A DNA stretch of 64,000 nucleotides from Candidatus Pampinifervens sinense (GCA_037927135.1 JAXSPP010000002.1:96001-160000), one strand, 5' to 3'. Counted from the stretch's first letter, positions 1 through 11,471 are shown. Numbers and translations: made by a program. Notes: generated from the letters alone by a model not told the origin.

Positions 1-437
1 AGCATCCTTTGAAACCCTCCGGAAAGCTCACCAGCCAGCTTTTTTCTGACTTCGGCCAGCTCAGGGAAGAAGCTATAAACCTTTTCTAGCCTATCTTTAA
101 GGCCCTTTCGTTTTACGTAAGCTCCCATAACGAGGTTTTCTTCCACCGTCATATCCAAAAAGAGGTTCTTTGTATCGCTTGCAAGGGCTATTCCAAGCCT
201 TAGTCTTTCATAGGGACTAAGGCTAGAAACTTCTATACCTTTAAATTCTATGCTACCCTTCCATGGTTTTAAGAGCCCAGCTATGGTTTTTAAGAGGGTG
301 CTTTTCCCAGATCCGTTTGAACCGAAAACTACAATTGCCTCCCCATCATAAAGCGTGAGGTTTATCTCACTCAAGACCAACATATCACCATAACCCACAC
401 TCAAATCTTCAACCTTCAAAAGCAAGGTACCTTTCAC
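1..437 (-). CDS. livF: Branched-chain amino acid ABC transporter ATP-binding protein (LivF-like), runs off the window edge
   Basis: Manual translation from GTG at 437: MKGTLLLKVEDLSVGYGDMLVLSEINL...VFGSNGSGKSTL (Walker A); lies downstream of livG; start uncertain (TTG 425 possible). Confidence 0.8.
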   Translation of the reverse strand, partial: MKGTLLLKVEDLSVGYGDMLVLSEINLTLYDGEAIVVFGSNGSGKSTLLKTIAGLLKPWKGSIEFKGIEVSSLSPYERLRLGIALASDTKNLFLDMTVEENLVMGAYVKRKGLKDRLEKVYSFFPELAEVRKKLAGELSGGFQRM

Positions 438-1128
438 CAAGATAGGCCCTCCTGACCTCTTTGTCCTCCATCATTCCCTCTAAGCTACCATGATAGATTA
501 TCTTTCCCTCATGGAGTACAAGCACCCTATCTACGAGCCCAACAAGGGCTTTTATCACATGCTCCACCATGAGTATACTAATACCTTCCTCCTTCAACCC
601 CTTTAAAACACCTTGTATCTCTCTTATAGATGCTGGATTTAGACCTGCAAAGATTTCATCTAGAAGGAGTAGAGAAGGTGAAAGGGCTAACGATCTTGCA
701 AGCTCAAGCCTTTTCCTCTGTGCCAATGAAAGTTCAGAACCTTTCCTATGTCTCAATTCATACAACCCTACCTTTTTTAAAATCTCCTCCACTTTTACAT
801 TACCTTGAATATGGTGGCATACTATCTCCACATTTTCTAAGACCTTTAAATTCCAAAAGGGCTTCGGGATTTGAAAGGTCCTTCCTATTCCAAGCCTTGC
901 CCTCTTGTATGGTGGCAATCTGCTTATATCAATACCTTTAAAGCGTATTTCACCAGAATCTTGCCTCACCAAACCTGATAGAATGTTCAAAAGCGTTGTC
1001 TTTCCAGAACCATTGGGGCCCAAAAGGCCAACAATCTCACCCTTTTTCATACTAAAGCTCACACCTTCTAAAACTCGGTTCCCACCGAAGGACTTCTTTA
1101 CATCTATCACTTCTAAAACCTTTTCCAT
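409..1128 (-). CDS. livG: Branched-chain amino acid ABC transporter ATP-binding protein (LivG-like)
   Basis: GPNGSGKTT Walker A, GIGRTFQIP, LLLLDE Walker B, VEH; start trimmed to MEKVLEV. Confidence 0.85.
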   Translation of the reverse strand: MEKVLEVIDVKKSFGGNRVLEGVSFSMKKGEIVGLLGPNGSGKTTLLNILSGLVRQDSGEIRFKGIDISRLPPYKRARLGIGRTFQIPKPFWNLKVLENVEIVCHHIQGNVKVEEILKKVGLYELRHRKGSELSLAQRKRLELARSLALSPSLLLLDEIFAGLNPASIREIQGVLKGLKEEGISILMVEHVIKALVGLVDRVLVLHEGKIIYHGSLEGMMEDKEVRRAYLGERYLAFEG

Positions 1129-1997
1129 GATATTCCCTTTGGGAAGGTTAGTATAAGTAAAACTATAGCTAAACCAAGGAAAAGTCCGTGAAGCACAAGG
1201 AACCTGCTCCAAAGCATTTCAAAAATAGCTTCAAAGATGAAGGACCAAAGAAGGGGACCATGGACTGGTGAAGATAGGGAGAGGGTGAGTATAAAGAAGG
1301 TTTTTACAGAAAGCATTGGATTGAAGAGGGTAGGAGCATCCACATAGGCGTTCCAGAAGGAAAATACTCCACCAGCTATGCCAAGGAAGAGGGCCATGAT
1401 TACAAAGGCAAGAGATCTGTAAAGCGTAGTGTTTATACCTATACTCATGGCCGTTATCTCATCTTCCCTTATGGCTTTTATTGTCAATCCAAGCCTTGAT
1501 CTTTCAAGGAAAAGGGTAAGCAGAAGTAGGACGGAGAGTAGTATTAGGGATGAATAGTAGGAGATTAGGTTTGAGTCTTTGGGAACGTTGAAGGCTATCC
1601 CCATTGTTCCTCCTGTTATCTCAAGGTTTTGGGCAAGTTCCATAAGACAAAGCTGGAGTGCTAGAGTGGCTATAGCAAAATAGTGGCTTTTTAGCCTCAT
1701 GATTATGGGTGCTACAAGGATGGCCAAAAGGGATGAGGATAGGCCACCAAGTATTAAAGAAAGGGGAAAAGGAAGGTTGTAGCTGTTGTAAAGGATGGAA
1801 AAGGCATAGGCACCAAAGCCAAAGAAGGCTATGCCACCAAAGGCTGGGTAGCCAAGGAAGTAAAAGAGTAAATTATGTGAGTAAGAAAGACAAGCCAAGA
1901 GCATAAAAGAGGTCAAAAGGCGTAGCCAGTAGGGATTTAGTTCAAAGGGCAAAAGTAGGAGAATAAAGATAGGTATGAAGGGGCTAAGCCTTTTCAT
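1113..1997 (-). CDS. livM: Branched-chain amino acid ABC transporter permease (LivM-like)
   Basis: Hydrophobic; RLKSHYFAIATL, ITGGTMG, AIREDEITAMSIGIN motifs. Confidence 0.85.
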   Translation of the reverse strand: MKRLSPFIPIFILLLLPFELNPYWLRLLTSFMLLACLSYSHNLLFYFLGYPAFGGIAFFGFGAYAFSILYNSYNLPFPLSLILGGLSSSLLAILVAPIIMRLKSHYFAIATLALQLCLMELAQNLEITGGTMGIAFNVPKDSNLISYYSSLILLSVLLLLTLFLERSRLGLTIKAIREDEITAMSIGINTTLYRSLAFVIMALFLGIAGGVFSFWNAYVDAPTLFNPMLSVKTFFILTLSLSSPVHGPLLWSFIFEAIFEMLWSRFLVLHGLFLGLAIVLLILTFPKGISWKRF

Positions 1998-2856
1998 GGT
2001 ATTTGATCCCAAAAAGGCCTCTAGGTTTAAAAAGTAAAAAGGCTATTAAAAGCAGTAGTGTGGTCATATCCTTCCACTGTTCTCCCAGATAAAACCCAGA
2101 GAAGACTTCAGACAAAGAAAGGATTAGGCTACCGAAGAAGAGACCACTTGTGCTTCCAAGACCTGCTATTATGCATATCAAAAAGGCCCTTATGGTGAGC
2201 CATCCAGATTCAAAAGGTGTAAAGCCTTGAAGCATGGCGTAAAAACTTCCAGAAAAAAGCGCCAAAGCTGTGGCAATACCCGTGCTTATCATAAAGGCCC
2301 TTTTGGGGTCCACACCACAAAGTTGAGCTCCCACAGCATCTAAAGAAATGGCCCTTATGGCCTTCCCTGTCCATGAGTACTTTAGAAAGATATAGAGTGC
2401 AAGGACAGATAAGAGGGAGAGTAGAAAGACCAAGAGCCTGTTTAACGGTATGATAAGGCTTGCTATGAATAAGGAGGAGCCTTCAAAGGGAAGGCTTATG
2501 GACCTTATGTCCGCTTTGAATATAAGGTTTAAAAGGTTGGTTATTATCACATCAAGGCCAAAAGTAAGCACAAGCACGGTAAAAGGTTCGTAGGACATGA
2601 GCCTGTTTATAAAAAGGGTTTGTAGGAGGACTCCAAAGACAAAGCCAAGGGGGAGCAATAGTGGAGAAAGGAGTAAGGGATCAAGACCCAGTACATACAT
2701 GGTATAAGATATGTATGCACCTAAGATTATGAAGGATCCATAGGCCAGGTTTATTATGCCCGTCACACCCCACATTAGGGAGAAGCCAGAGGATATGAGG
2801 GTATAAAAACCGGAAAGAAGCAAGGCGTCTATAAAAAGTTGAAATACTATCTCCAT
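1984..2856 (-). CDS. livH: Branched-chain amino acid ABC transporter permease (LivH-like)
   Basis: GFSLMWGVTGIINLAYG, GKAIRA...AQLCGVD, LLFKPRGLFG. Confidence 0.85.
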   Translation of the reverse strand: MEIVFQLFIDALLLSGFYTLISSGFSLMWGVTGIINLAYGSFIILGAYISYTMYVLGLDPLLLSPLLLPLGFVFGVLLQTLFINRLMSYEPFTVLVLTFGLDVIITNLLNLIFKADIRSISLPFEGSSLFIASLIIPLNRLLVFLLSLLSVLALYIFLKYSWTGKAIRAISLDAVGAQLCGVDPKRAFMISTGIATALALFSGSFYAMLQGFTPFESGWLTIRAFLICIIAGLGSTSGLFFGSLILSLSEVFSGFYLGEQWKDMTTLLLLIAFLLFKPRGLFGIKYHEKA

Positions 2857-4022
2857 ACAGGCTTAGGGTATACAGGTTCAGCTTCCTTTATAGGGTAAAC
2901 GGTTATTTGGCGACCCTTTTGTATTTGAATTATGGCCATAGGCTTTGTATTTACCTTGCCAGTCTCATCAAAGCCTATAACTCCAAACAAGGTTTCCACC
3001 CTGTTTTTAGCAAGGGCTTCCCTTACCTTGGAAACATCCAAGCTTTTTGCCTTCTCTATAGCCTTTTGGAAGACTATGCCGGCGGCTACTGCACCAGCTA
3101 CATGATACTCTGGATCCTCCTTAAACCTTTCTCTGTATATCTTCACAAACTCCTCAGTGTTTCCAAAGAGTGGATCCTTATACTTTAGAGCTGGGCTCCA
3201 TTGTACAGGTCCAAATATTCCTTCCGCATCCTCTCCCAAGGATTGCACAAAGGCTGGTAGGGCAGGGCCAACAGTTAGGCCTAGAAACTTTGGATTGACT
3301 CTGAACTGCTTTAGTTGCTTAACTAAGAGCACAGAGTCAGCAAAATGGCCTGAACCTATTATTATGTCTGGCTTATGAAGTCTGATCTTTTGAATAAGGC
3401 TTGAGAGGTCTTGAGCTTCTTTTGGATAGCCTTCAAAAAGAACCACCTTTAAACCCTTTCTCTTCGCATGTTCATAAGCACCTTTTGCGGCATCTTCGGC
3501 AAAGATGTCCTTTTCATAAACTATGGCTATGGTCCTTAGATTTTTATCCAAACGTGTGGCAAGCTCCACAAGGTCTTTCCCATAATCTGGTGCAGTAGTA
3601 TACAGACCAAAGACGTTCTTGTAGCCTTTTTTGTATATCTCACTGGAGGCACCACCAGCCTGAACCATAAGGGCACCATACTTTTCCACTATGGGTGCTG
3701 CCGCAAAGACCTGAGCACTTCCATAGGGACCCAGTATAAACTTAACACCATCCTGTATTATAAGCCTCTCTACAAGCCTTGCAGTGGTTGTAGGATCACT
3801 CTGATCATCATAGTAGATGATCTCCACCTTATACCTCTTGTCCCCAACCTTTATGCCACCACCCTCATTCACCTTTTCCTTCCAAAGGTCATAGCCTCTT
3901 TTCAGTAGCTGACCCTCTTTTGCAAGTTTGCCAGTGAGTGATACGGCAGCACCAAACTTTATAACATCCTGAGTCCATGCAAGACTGAAAAGTATTAGGA
4001 GAAAAGCAATCAACCCCCTCAT
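2847..4022 (-). CDS. Amino acid ABC transporter periplasmic substrate-binding protein (LivJ/K family)
   Basis: Signal peptide; GAAVSLTG, YDDQSDP, ILGPYGS; first gene of the liv-type operon; substrate not determinable. Confidence 0.85.
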   Translation of the reverse strand: MRGLIAFLLILFSLAWTQDVIKFGAAVSLTGKLAKEGQLLKRGYDLWKEKVNEGGGIKVGDKRYKVEIIYYDDQSDPTTTARLVERLIIQDGVKFILGPYGSAQVFAAAPIVEKYGALMVQAGGASSEIYKKGYKNVFGLYTTAPDYGKDLVELATRLDKNLRTIAIVYEKDIFAEDAAKGAYEHAKRKGLKVVLFEGYPKEAQDLSSLIQKIRLHKPDIIIGSGHFADSVLLVKQLKQFRVNPKFLGLTVGPALPAFVQSLGEDAEGIFGPVQWSPALKYKDPLFGNTEEFVKIYRERFKEDPEYHVAGAVAAGIVFQKAIEKAKSLDVSKVREALAKNRVETLFGVIGFDETGKVNTKPMAIIQIQKGRQITVYPIKEAEPVYPKPVWR

Positions 4023-4056
4023 AACTTTCAATTTTATCATAATATTGAATATTGTC

Positions 4057-5169
4057 ATGAGGAGGTTTTTTGAAAAGGTTCCAGAACACCTCTGGCGTAG
4101 CTACCAGTGGCAGATTCAAAACAGGATAAAGACAAAGGAAGAGCTAAAAAGATATATAAAGCTTACAAGGGAAGAGGAGGAAGGCATAGATAAGACAAAG
4201 GGACTTTATCCAATGGCCATTACTCCCTACTACCTTTCCCTCATGGACCCAGAGGACCCTCAAGACCCCATAAGGCTACAGGCAGTACCAAGAGCTGTAG
4301 AGGTGGATGAAAGGGTCCAATCTTACGGTGAGCCAGACCCCTTCAGAGAAGAGGGAGACATTCCAGGTCTTACACACCGATACCCCGACAGAGTTCTTTT
4401 TACCCTTACCACCTTTTGTGCAGTGTACTGTAGACACTGTATGAGGAAAAGGATCTTTCAGGAAGGAGAGAGGGCAAGGACAAAGGAAGAGATTGATAGG
4501 TTCATAGAATATCTAAAAAAACACGAGGAAGTAAGAGAAGTGCTTTTATCTGGTGGTGAGCCACTTTCTGTAAGCAACGAGAAGCTAAACTATGTGCTTT
4601 CAAGGATAAGGGAGGTGCCCCATGTGGAGATAATAAGGATAGGAACAAGGCTTCCGGTGTTGGCACCTCAAAGGTTCTTTGATGAGGAGCTTCTAAATAT
4701 CTTAGAAAAGCATTCACCCATATGGATAAACACCCACTTTAACCACCCCAAGGAGATAACGGAGGAGTCTGCAGAGGCCATAGAGAGGCTATTAAGGCAT
4801 GGCATTCCTGTGAACAACCAAACGGTGCTTTTAAAGGGTGTAAACGATGACCCAGAGACAATGCTGAGGCTTTTTAGAGAACTGCTTAGGATAAAGGTGA
4901 GGCCTGTTTATCTCTTTCACTGCGACCCTGTAAAGGGTGCGGTGCATTTTAGAACGAGCTTGGAAAAGGGCCTTGAGATAATGGAGTATTTGAGAGGGAA
5001 GATTTCTGGCATGGGCATACCTACCTATGCGGTAGACCTGCCCGGCGGAAAGGGCAAGGTGCCAATAAGCCCCAATTATATAATCCAAAAGGATGGAGAC
5101 ACATACACCTTTAGAAGCCCCCTTGGTGGTATTGTAGAATACACTATTTCCGATGTGGAAGTATTTTAA
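4057..5169 (+). CDS. KamA/EpmB-family radical SAM lysine 2,3-aminomutase
   Basis: THRYPDRVL, CAVYCRHC radical SAM motif, NTHFNHP, NQTVLLKGVND, PGGKGK. Confidence 0.9.
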   Translation: MRRFFEKVPEHLWRSYQWQIQNRIKTKEELKRYIKLTREEEEGIDKTKGLYPMAITPYYLSLMDPEDPQDPIRLQAVPRAVEVDERVQSYGEPDPFREEGDIPGLTHRYPDRVLFTLTTFCAVYCRHCMRKRIFQEGERARTKEEIDRFIEYLKKHEEVREVLLSGGEPLSVSNEKLNYVLSRIREVPHVEIIRIGTRLPVLAPQRFFDEELLNILEKHSPIWINTHFNHPKEITEESAEAIERLLRHGIPVNNQTVLLKGVNDDPETMLRLFRELLRIKVRPVYLFHCDPVKGAVHFRTSLEKGLEIMEYLRGKISGMGIPTYAVDLPGGKGKVPISPNYIIQKDGDTYTFRSPLGGIVEYTISDVEVF

Positions 5170-5917
5170 GGCTTTGTTTTTATCTTTAATTGATGCACTT
5201 AAAGGAGAGGTGGGCTATCACAGCGCCTCTTTAACCTATCAATTCCTCACGGTAATCGGCTCTCTTGTTATATTACTTGCCTTTTTATCCATGTATTTGC
5301 CCTTCCTTGACCCTATGAAAGTCTATCAATACCTTCAAGGCCTTATCCCTTCTTATGCGGAAGATATACTGAATAAAATACTCCCTGCTTATGAAAAAAA
5401 GGCAACTGGTTCCATCCTTTCTTTGGTACTTGCTTACTACTTTTCTCTATCCTTTGCCAAGTCTTTGAACACAGCCTTTGGGTTTGTTTATGGGAAAAAA
5501 CCTGTAGAAAGGGAAGTTTTCTTTTGGACGGTAATGCCCCTTATGATGGTCTTTTATACCCTTCTTCTTTCTGTGGCCATAGTCCTGCTTACCGTAAGCA
5601 AAGCCCTCCTTGGTGGCATATACTACAGGATTGCGGAGCTATTTAACCTATTTATCATATTCCTTGTGCTTACCATGCTCTATTCCTTGTATTTCAAGCT
5701 TAAGAGAGCTACCCTTATTGCCTCAGGCCTTGTGGCCCTTATGCTCTTTTTCTTGAATAAGGCCTTTTCTCTCATAGTGGTCAAGATGGTTAGCCTTAGC
5801 CCCCTCTATAGCATAATAGGGTCTCCCCTTCTTTTGCTTATGTGGCTCTATTACTCTTTCTTTTGCCTTTTGGTGGGTGTGAGGATCATAGCCAGATTAG
5901 ACCAACTTTTCCAGTAG
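5153..5917 (+). CDS. YihY/BrkB family membrane protein
   Basis: SASLTYQ, SLNTAFG, YSIIGSPLLLLMWLYY; multiple TM segments. Confidence 0.75.
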   Translation: MWKYFKALFLSLIDALKGEVGYHSASLTYQFLTVIGSLVILLAFLSMYLPFLDPMKVYQYLQGLIPSYAEDILNKILPAYEKKATGSILSLVLAYYFSLSFAKSLNTAFGFVYGKKPVEREVFFWTVMPLMMVFYTLLLSVAIVLLTVSKALLGGIYYRIAELFNLFIIFLVLTMLYSLYFKLKRATLIASGLVALMLFFLNKAFSLIVVKMVSLSPLYSIIGSPLLLLMWLYYSFFCLLVGVRIIARLDQLFQ

Positions 5918-6265
5918 ATTGTTGGCTCCGTTTAGCTTCTGGTATGCGCTGGAGATTACATAGTATATCTGCTCGCCTTCCGCTATGGAGAGGTCATAAA
6001 GGGTGATACTGAGGTCCTTTAGCACTTGGTAAAGGGTTGTATATAAGCTTTCATCCAGCTTTTTCTCTGGGTTGGGTATTTCCTTGTAGGTCTTCATTAT
6101 ATAATCGCACATGCCCTTTATACTCTTGGCTATGTTGATTATCTCCGGGTCGTGCGCATACATTTGTATAACTTCCGCATACCTTTCCTCTATCTCCTGG
6201 TAGGTGCTTCTAAAAAGCATATCCTCTAAAAAGAACAGCTCTTTACCCATGGCTAATCCTCTCAT
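5897..6265 (-). CDS. Hypothetical helical protein
   Basis: 122-aa ORF filling the gap between genes; alternative start 6250. Confidence 0.6.
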   Translation of the reverse strand: MRGLAMGKELFFLEDMLFRSTYQEIEERYAEVIQMYAHDPEIINIAKSIKGMCDYIMKTYKEIPNPEKKLDESLYTTLYQVLKDLSITLYDLSIAEGEQIYYVISSAYQKLNGANNLLEKLV

Positions 6266-6292
6266 ATAAATATGGTCTTTTGAGATACATTT

Positions 6293-6745
6293 TCAACTGG
6301 CATGACTGTCCAAAAAGGATAGTATTTCTGACAAGTTATTGGCTTGACGCAGTCCTTCTATGTTATGGGTTTTATAACCGATTATGGGCTTTCCCAAAAT
6401 AAGGGCATAGGCTATTTCTGACAGAGTTCCCCAGTTGCCACCTATGGCTACCACCACATCACCACTGGCTACCACTAATGGATTCCTGTTCCAGCTCATA
6501 CCAGTCCTAATCTTTATATCCACATACGGATTTGCCTCCTCACCTTCGTAGGAAGGAAGGATGCCCACCGTTAGCCCTCCCATCTCCTTTGCACCCTTGC
6601 ACACCGCCTCCATCACACCACCCCTCCCACCGCATACCACCACCCATCCCCTCTTGGCTATCTCTTTGCCAAGCTCATAGGCTATCTTGTATTCCTCTTC
6701 CTCAGGCTTTGCCTTTGAAGAGCCTATAACCGCCACCTGCCTCAT
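6293..6745 (-). CDS. TIGR00725 / LOG-family Rossmann-fold protein
   Basis: VAVIGS, CGGRGGVMEAVCKGA, RN, GGNWGTLSEI. Confidence 0.85.
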   Translation of the reverse strand: MRQVAVIGSSKAKPEEEEYKIAYELGKEIAKRGWVVVCGGRGGVMEAVCKGAKEMGGLTVGILPSYEGEEANPYVDIKIRTGMSWNRNPLVVASGDVVVAIGGNWGTLSEIAYALILGKPIIGYKTHNIEGLRQANNLSEILSFLDSHAS

Positions 6746-6826
6746 GGTTTTTAAGTATATTATGCTAAAACTTTTTGAGACAAATAACCCTTGCCCTTAA
6801 TATGGGCTTGTTCTAAAATTTTAACT

Positions 6827-7231
6827 ATGCCACACTTGACCATTGAGGTATTACAGCTACTGGAAGAGAAGCTTGGAAAGGAGGAAGCTAAAAAGGTAGC
6901 AGAGGCTATTGAACTCGCCTTAGAAAGCATAGAAGAGAAAGCCAAGGATGCGGCACTACAGAAAAAGCTGGAATTAAAGGAAGAGCTTACAAAAGAACTG
7001 GCAACAAAGGTGGACTTGCAAGTATTAAAGGCTGAGCTTGAGGCAAGGATAGAAAAAGAAGTATTAAGGCTAAGGGAAGAGATACTCAAGCTTGACAGGA
7101 AGTTCACCATAATGTTTTTAATACTGCTTTTTGCCATAATCCTTTTAAACAAGAATGCCTTAGAGTTTATAGCAAGGCTTTTGGCCTTATTAAGTGATGC
7201 TTTAGGCCCTAATTTTCTCCTTTTCTGTTAA
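6827..7231 (+). CDS. DUF1640/CCDC90-like coiled-coil protein with C-terminal TM
   Basis: ELATKVDL motif, coiled coil, hydrophobic C-terminus; TTGCCC-17-TAAAAT promoter at 6791-6819; C-terminus possibly frameshifted. Confidence 0.7.
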   Translation: MPHLTIEVLQLLEEKLGKEEAKKVAEAIELALESIEEKAKDAALQKKLELKEELTKELATKVDLQVLKAELEARIEKEVLRLREEILKLDRKFTIMFLILLFAIILLNKNALEFIARLLALLSDALGPNFLLFC

Positions 7232-9994
7232 TACCTTCCTCAAATACTGGCCTGTGTAAGAGTCTTCCCTTTGGGCTATCTCCTCCGGTGGTCCCACGGC
7301 CACCACATAGCCACCCCTTTCCCCACCCTCCGGCCCAAGGTCTATGATCCAATCTGCACACTTTATCACATCAAGGTTGTGTTCTATGACCACTACCGTA
7401 TTGCCTCTGTCTACTAGCCTTTGCAGTATGTCTATGAGCTTTTTCACATCGTCCATATGGAGGCCTGTGGTAGGCTCGTCTAAAAGGTAAAGGGTCCTCC
7501 CTGTTTCCTTCTTGGAAAGCTCCCTTGCAAGCTTTATCCTTTGAGCCTCTCCACCAGACAAGGTGGTGGCGGGCTGTCCCAGTTTTATGTATCCAAGGCC
7601 TATGTCCTTTAAAAGTTGTAGCTTCCTCCTTATGGTGGGTATATTTTCAAAGAACTCATAAGCTTCGTCCACGGTCATATCAAGCACATCGGCTATGTTT
7701 TTGCCCTTATAAAGAATGTCAAGGGTTTCTCTGTTGTACCTTTTGCCCTTACACACATCGCAAGGCACATAAACAGGTGGCAAAAAGTGCATCTCTACCC
7801 TTATCACACCCTCACCCTGACAGGCTTCGCACCTTCCACCCTTTACGTTAAAAGAAAACCTTCCTGCGTTGTAGCCTCTTGCCCTTGCCTCTGGAGTTTG
7901 GGCAAAGAGGTCCCTTATGTGGTCAAAGACCTTTGTGTAGGTGGCTGGGTTTGACCTTGGAGTCCTTCCTATGGGAGACTGGTCTATGTTTATGACCCTG
8001 TCAAAATGCTCAAGCCCTTCTATCCTATCAAAGCCTTCCACCTCCGCACTGCCTCCATAGAAAAGGGCCCTGCTATACTCCCAAAGGATATCATATATTA
8101 GCGTGGACTTGCCACTGCCGGAAACTCCTGTGATACACACAAAAAGACCAACTGGAATTTCTACCGTAATATTCTTCAGATTATGCTTCCTTGCTCCAAC
8201 TATCCTTAGCCATCTATCCTTTGGCTTTCTTCTTTTTTCTGGCACAGGTATGGAGAGCCTTCCTGAAAGGTAGGCACCAGTAAGGGACCTTTCATCCCTT
8301 AACATATCCTCCACCCTCCCTTGGAAGACCACCTCACCACCCTTTTTACCCGCCCCCGGACCCATATCTATGACCCAGTCTGCGCTCAGAATAGTCTCTG
8401 GGTCATGCTCCACCACTATGACCGTGTTGCCAAGGTCCCTGAGATCCTTCAAGGTCTTTATAAGCTTTTCTGTGTCCCTTGGATGCAAGCCTATAGACGG
8501 CTCATCAAGAACATACAAAACTCCGGTAAGCTTAGAGCCTATCTGTGTTGCAAGCCTTATGCGTTGCATCTCACCACCGGAAAGGGTGGTGGCACTACGT
8601 GCAAGGTTTAGGTAGTCAAGCCCCACGTTTATAAGAAAGCCAAGCCTATCGGATATCTCCTTTATTAGCCTTTCTGCCACTATAAGGCTTTTGCCCTCAA
8701 GCTTGGAAGGAAGACTATCAAAGAACTCCTTTGCCATCCTTATGGGCATGCGTGCCACATCCCATATGCTCTTTCCATCTATAAGAACCGAAAGGGCCTC
8801 AGGCCTTAGCCTTGCACCACCACACTCAGGGCAGGGCTTTTCCCTTATAAACTCCGATATCTCCTCCCTTAACCTCTCCGACTCCTCTTCCAAAAACCTC
8901 CTCTCCAAGTGTTTTACTATTCCTTCAAAATTCCCACCGTCAAGAGAACCACCATAAAGCAAAAAGCTTTTTATTCCGCTTGGTAGGTCCTGCCATGGCG
9001 TCCTTGGGTCATAACCAAGTTTTCTTAGGATGTTCATTATGGGATACCTAAGGTATTCAAAGAAGGGAGAGTCGGTAATCTTTATAGCATCTACTGCCGG
9101 CTCCTTCTCATCTATCAAAAGCTTTACATCCACTTCCCACTTTACACCTAAGCCCTTGCAGGCTGGGCAAGCACCATAAGGAGAATTAAAAGAAAAGAGC
9201 CTTGGGGAAAGCTCTGGAATGGAAAAGCCATGGTCTGGGCATGTAAGCCTCTCGCTAAAGATCTCCTCCTTTTGAGTTTCCACATCCTCTATCTTTAAAA
9301 GACCCTTTGAAAGCTCAAGGGCCTTCTCTATGGCCGTAAGCAGTCTTGCCCTCTCTTCCTCCTCAAGGGTGAGCCTGTCTACGACCAAGTCTATATTATG
9401 CTTTTTGTTTTTGTCCAAGGGTGGCACTTCCAAAATCCTCATATACTCTCCATCCACCTTTACCCTTGAAAAGCCCATTCTATCAAGCTCTTTAAAAAGT
9501 TCTTTAAACTCACCCTTTTTGCCCCTTACCAAGGGAGAAAGCACGCTTATGCGCTTGCCTTTGTATTTCTCCCACACCTTTTCCAGCATCTCATGGGCCG
9601 AAAGGCCCTCAAGCAACCTTCCACACTCAGGACAATGGGGCTTCCCTATGTTTGCCCAAAGGACCCTCATATAGTCATATATCTCCGTTACAGTGCCAAC
9701 GGTGGAACGTGGGTTTTTTGAAGTGGTCTTTTGGTCTATGGCTATGGCTGGGGAGAGGCCTTCTATTATATCCACATCGGGCTTTTCCATAATGCCCAAA
9801 AATTGCCTTGCGTAGGAGGAGAGGGATTCCACATACCTTCTTTGTCCTTCCGCATAGATGGTATCAAAGGCGAGGGAGGATTTGCCAGAGCCAGAAGGTC
9901 CAGTTATGACCACAAGCTTATTCTTTGGTATATCAAGGTTTATGTTTTTGAGGTTGTGCTGACGGGCACCCCTTATGATGATCTTGTCGTACAT
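7202..9994 (-). CDS. uvrA: Excinuclease ABC subunit A
   Basis: [10 protein letters not shown], two Walker A motifs ([18 protein letters not shown]), zinc fingers, two LSGGE signatures. Confidence 0.98.
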   Translation of the reverse strand: MYDKIIIRGARQHNLKNINLDIPKNKLVVITGPSGSGKSSLAFDTIYAEGQRRYVESLSSYARQFLGIMEKPDVDIIEGLSPAIAIDQKTTSKNPRSTVGTVTEIYDYMRVLWANIGKPHCPECGRLLEGLSAHEMLEKVWEKYKGKRISVLSPLVRGKKGEFKELFKELDRMGFSRVKVDGEYMRILEVPPLDKNKKHNIDLVVDRLTLEEEERARLLTAIEKALELSKGLLKIEDVETQKEEIFSERLTCPDHGFSIPELSPRLFSFNSPYGACPACKGLGVKWEVDVKLLIDEKEPAVDAIKITDSPFFEYLRYPIMNILRKLGYDPRTPWQDLPSGIKSFLLYGGSLDGGNFEGIVKHLERRFLEEESERLREEISEFIREKPCPECGGARLRPEALSVLIDGKSIWDVARMPIRMAKEFFDSLPSKLEGKSLIVAERLIKEISDRLGFLINVGLDYLNLARSATTLSGGEMQRIRLATQIGSKLTGVLYVLDEPSIGLHPRDTEKLIKTLKDLRDLGNTVIVVEHDPETILSADWVIDMGPGAGKKGGEVVFQGRVEDMLRDERSLTGAYLSGRLSIPVPEKRRKPKDRWLRIVGARKHNLKNITVEIPVGLFVCITGVSGSGKSTLIYDILWEYSRALFYGGSAEVEGFDRIEGLEHFDRVINIDQSPIGRTPRSNPATYTKVFDHIRDLFAQTPEARARGYNAGRFSFNVKGGRCEACQGEGVIRVEMHFLPPVYVPCDVCKGKRYNRETLDILYKGKNIADVLDMTVDEAYEFFENIPTIRRKLQLLKDIGLGYIKLGQPATTLSGGEAQRIKLARELSKKETGRTLYLLDEPTTGLHMDDVKKLIDILQRLVDRGNTVVVIEHNLDVIKCADWIIDLGPEGGERGGYVVAVGPPEEIAQREDSYTGQYLRKVLTEKEKIRA

Positions 9995-10020
9995 CAAGTA
10001 TGTTATAATCTAAGGCAAAG

Positions 10021-10641
10021 ATGGAAAAAATTCAAGAGATAATAAGCAGGCTTGAGAAGGTCTTTCCAGACAAGCTTGAGCTAAACTTTTCAAACCCCCT
10101 TGAACTCCTCGTGGCGGTCATCTTGGCAGCTCAAGAGGCGGACAAAAAGGTAAATGAAGTCACAGAAAGCCTTTTCAAAAAGTATAAAAGCTGTGAGGAC
10201 TACCTTAGGGTTCCTCTGGAAGAACTAGAAAAGGATATAAGCTCCATAAACTACTATAGAAACAAGGCAAAGTATATAAAGTCTGCCTGTCAAAAGATCA
10301 TGGAAGAGTTTGGAGGGAAGGTTCCAGACACCATGGAGGACCTTGTAAAGCTTCCAGGTATAGGAAGAAAAAGCGCCAACATGATTCTTTATAATGCTTT
10401 TAGAAAGAACGAAGGCATAGCAGTAGATAGGCATGTGGCAAGGGTGAGCCAAAGGCTTGGCCTCACTAAAGAAAGCAAGCCAGAGAAGATAGAAAAAGAT
10501 CTCATGGAACAGGTTCCAAGGGAGCTTTGGGGCAAGTTTTCAAACCTTCTCATACTGCTTGGAAGGTATATATGCACGGCTCAAAAGCCAAAGCACTTTG
10601 AATGTCCCTTGTATGACCTCTGTCCCTCCAGGGAGCTATGA
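10021..10641 (+). CDS. nth: Endonuclease III
   Basis: Hh[16 protein letters not shown] catalytic Asp, C-terminal Fe-S motif with one Cys replaced by His. Confidence 0.93.
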   Translation: MEKIQEIISRLEKVFPDKLELNFSNPLELLVAVILAAQEADKKVNEVTESLFKKYKSCEDYLRVPLEELEKDISSINYYRNKAKYIKSACQKIMEEFGGKVPDTMEDLVKLPGIGRKSANMILYNAFRKNEGIAVDRHVARVSQRLGLTKESKPEKIEKDLMEQVPRELWGKFSNLLILLGRYICTAQKPKHFECPLYDLCPSREL

Positions 10642-11471
10642 TAGGTGTAATTGGTGGAAGTGGCCTATACAAGCTTGAGGGCTTTGAGGTAATAGATAAA
10701 ATCACGGTAAGAACACCCTTTGGAGAGCCTTCCTCTCCTGTGGTGGTGGTAAATGTGGCAAGCAAAAGGGTCCTTTTCCTCTCAAGACATGGAGAAGGCC
10801 ACATATACCCTCCCCATCTTGTCCCGTACAGGGCAAACCTCTGGGCCTTTAGGGAATTGGGTGTAAAGAGGGTAATAGCCATATCAGCGGTAGGTGGCAT
10901 AAACAGAAGACTATCACCGGGAGACTTTGTAGTTATAGATGACCTTTTGGACTTTACAAAGAATAGGAAGGACACCTTTTATGAGGGCAAGTTTTCCATG
11001 CCTGTGGCCGGTGAGGACAAGGTAGCAAGGCTTTTAAAAGAGGGTAAGGTGGTCCATATAGACGCCACCCAGCTCTATTGCCCTCAGATGAGAAGGATTA
11101 TGATTGAAGTGCTTGAGGAGCTAAAGCTTCCCTATCATGCCTCCGGCACCTATGCCTGCACGGAAGGCCCAAGGTTTGAAACGCCTGCGGAGATAAGGAT
11201 GATAGAAAGGCTGGGTGGGGATGTGGTGGGTATGACGGGCTATCCTGAGGTGGTCTTGGCCCGTGAGCTTACCATGTGTTATATGAGCCTTTGTGTGGTG
11301 GCAAACCCGGCGGCTGGCATCGCCGGCTACCGCCTAACGAGCGATGAGGTTATAAACCTGATGAAACAAAAGGAAGAGGAGATAGGAAGGGTTCTTATTG
11401 AGTTTTTAATGAAGCTTCCAGAGGAAAGAGACTGTGGATGCGACAAAATTCTAGAGGGTGCAGAGGTTTAA
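10638..11471 (+). CDS. mtnP: S-methyl-5'-thioadenosine phosphorylase
   Basis: [35 protein letters not shown]. Confidence 0.9.
   Translation: MIGVIGGSGLYKLEGFEVIDKITVRTPFGEPSSPVVVVNVASKRVLFLSRHGEGHIYPPHLVPYRANLWAFRELGVKRVIAISAVGGINRRLSPGDFVVIDDLLDFTKNRKDTFYEGKFSMPVAGEDKVARLLKEGKVVHIDATQLYCPQMRRIMIEVLEELKLPYHASGTYACTEGPRFETPAEIRMIERLGGDVVGMTGYPEVVLARELTMCYMSLCVVANPAAGIAGYRLTSDEVINLMKQKEEEIGRVLIEFLMKLPEERDCGCDKILEGAEV

Noticed and set aside
6760-7152. Ser-rich 130-aa antisense ORF and the many other antisense/nested ORFs in the track
   Set aside because: Shadows of real genes caused by codon bias.
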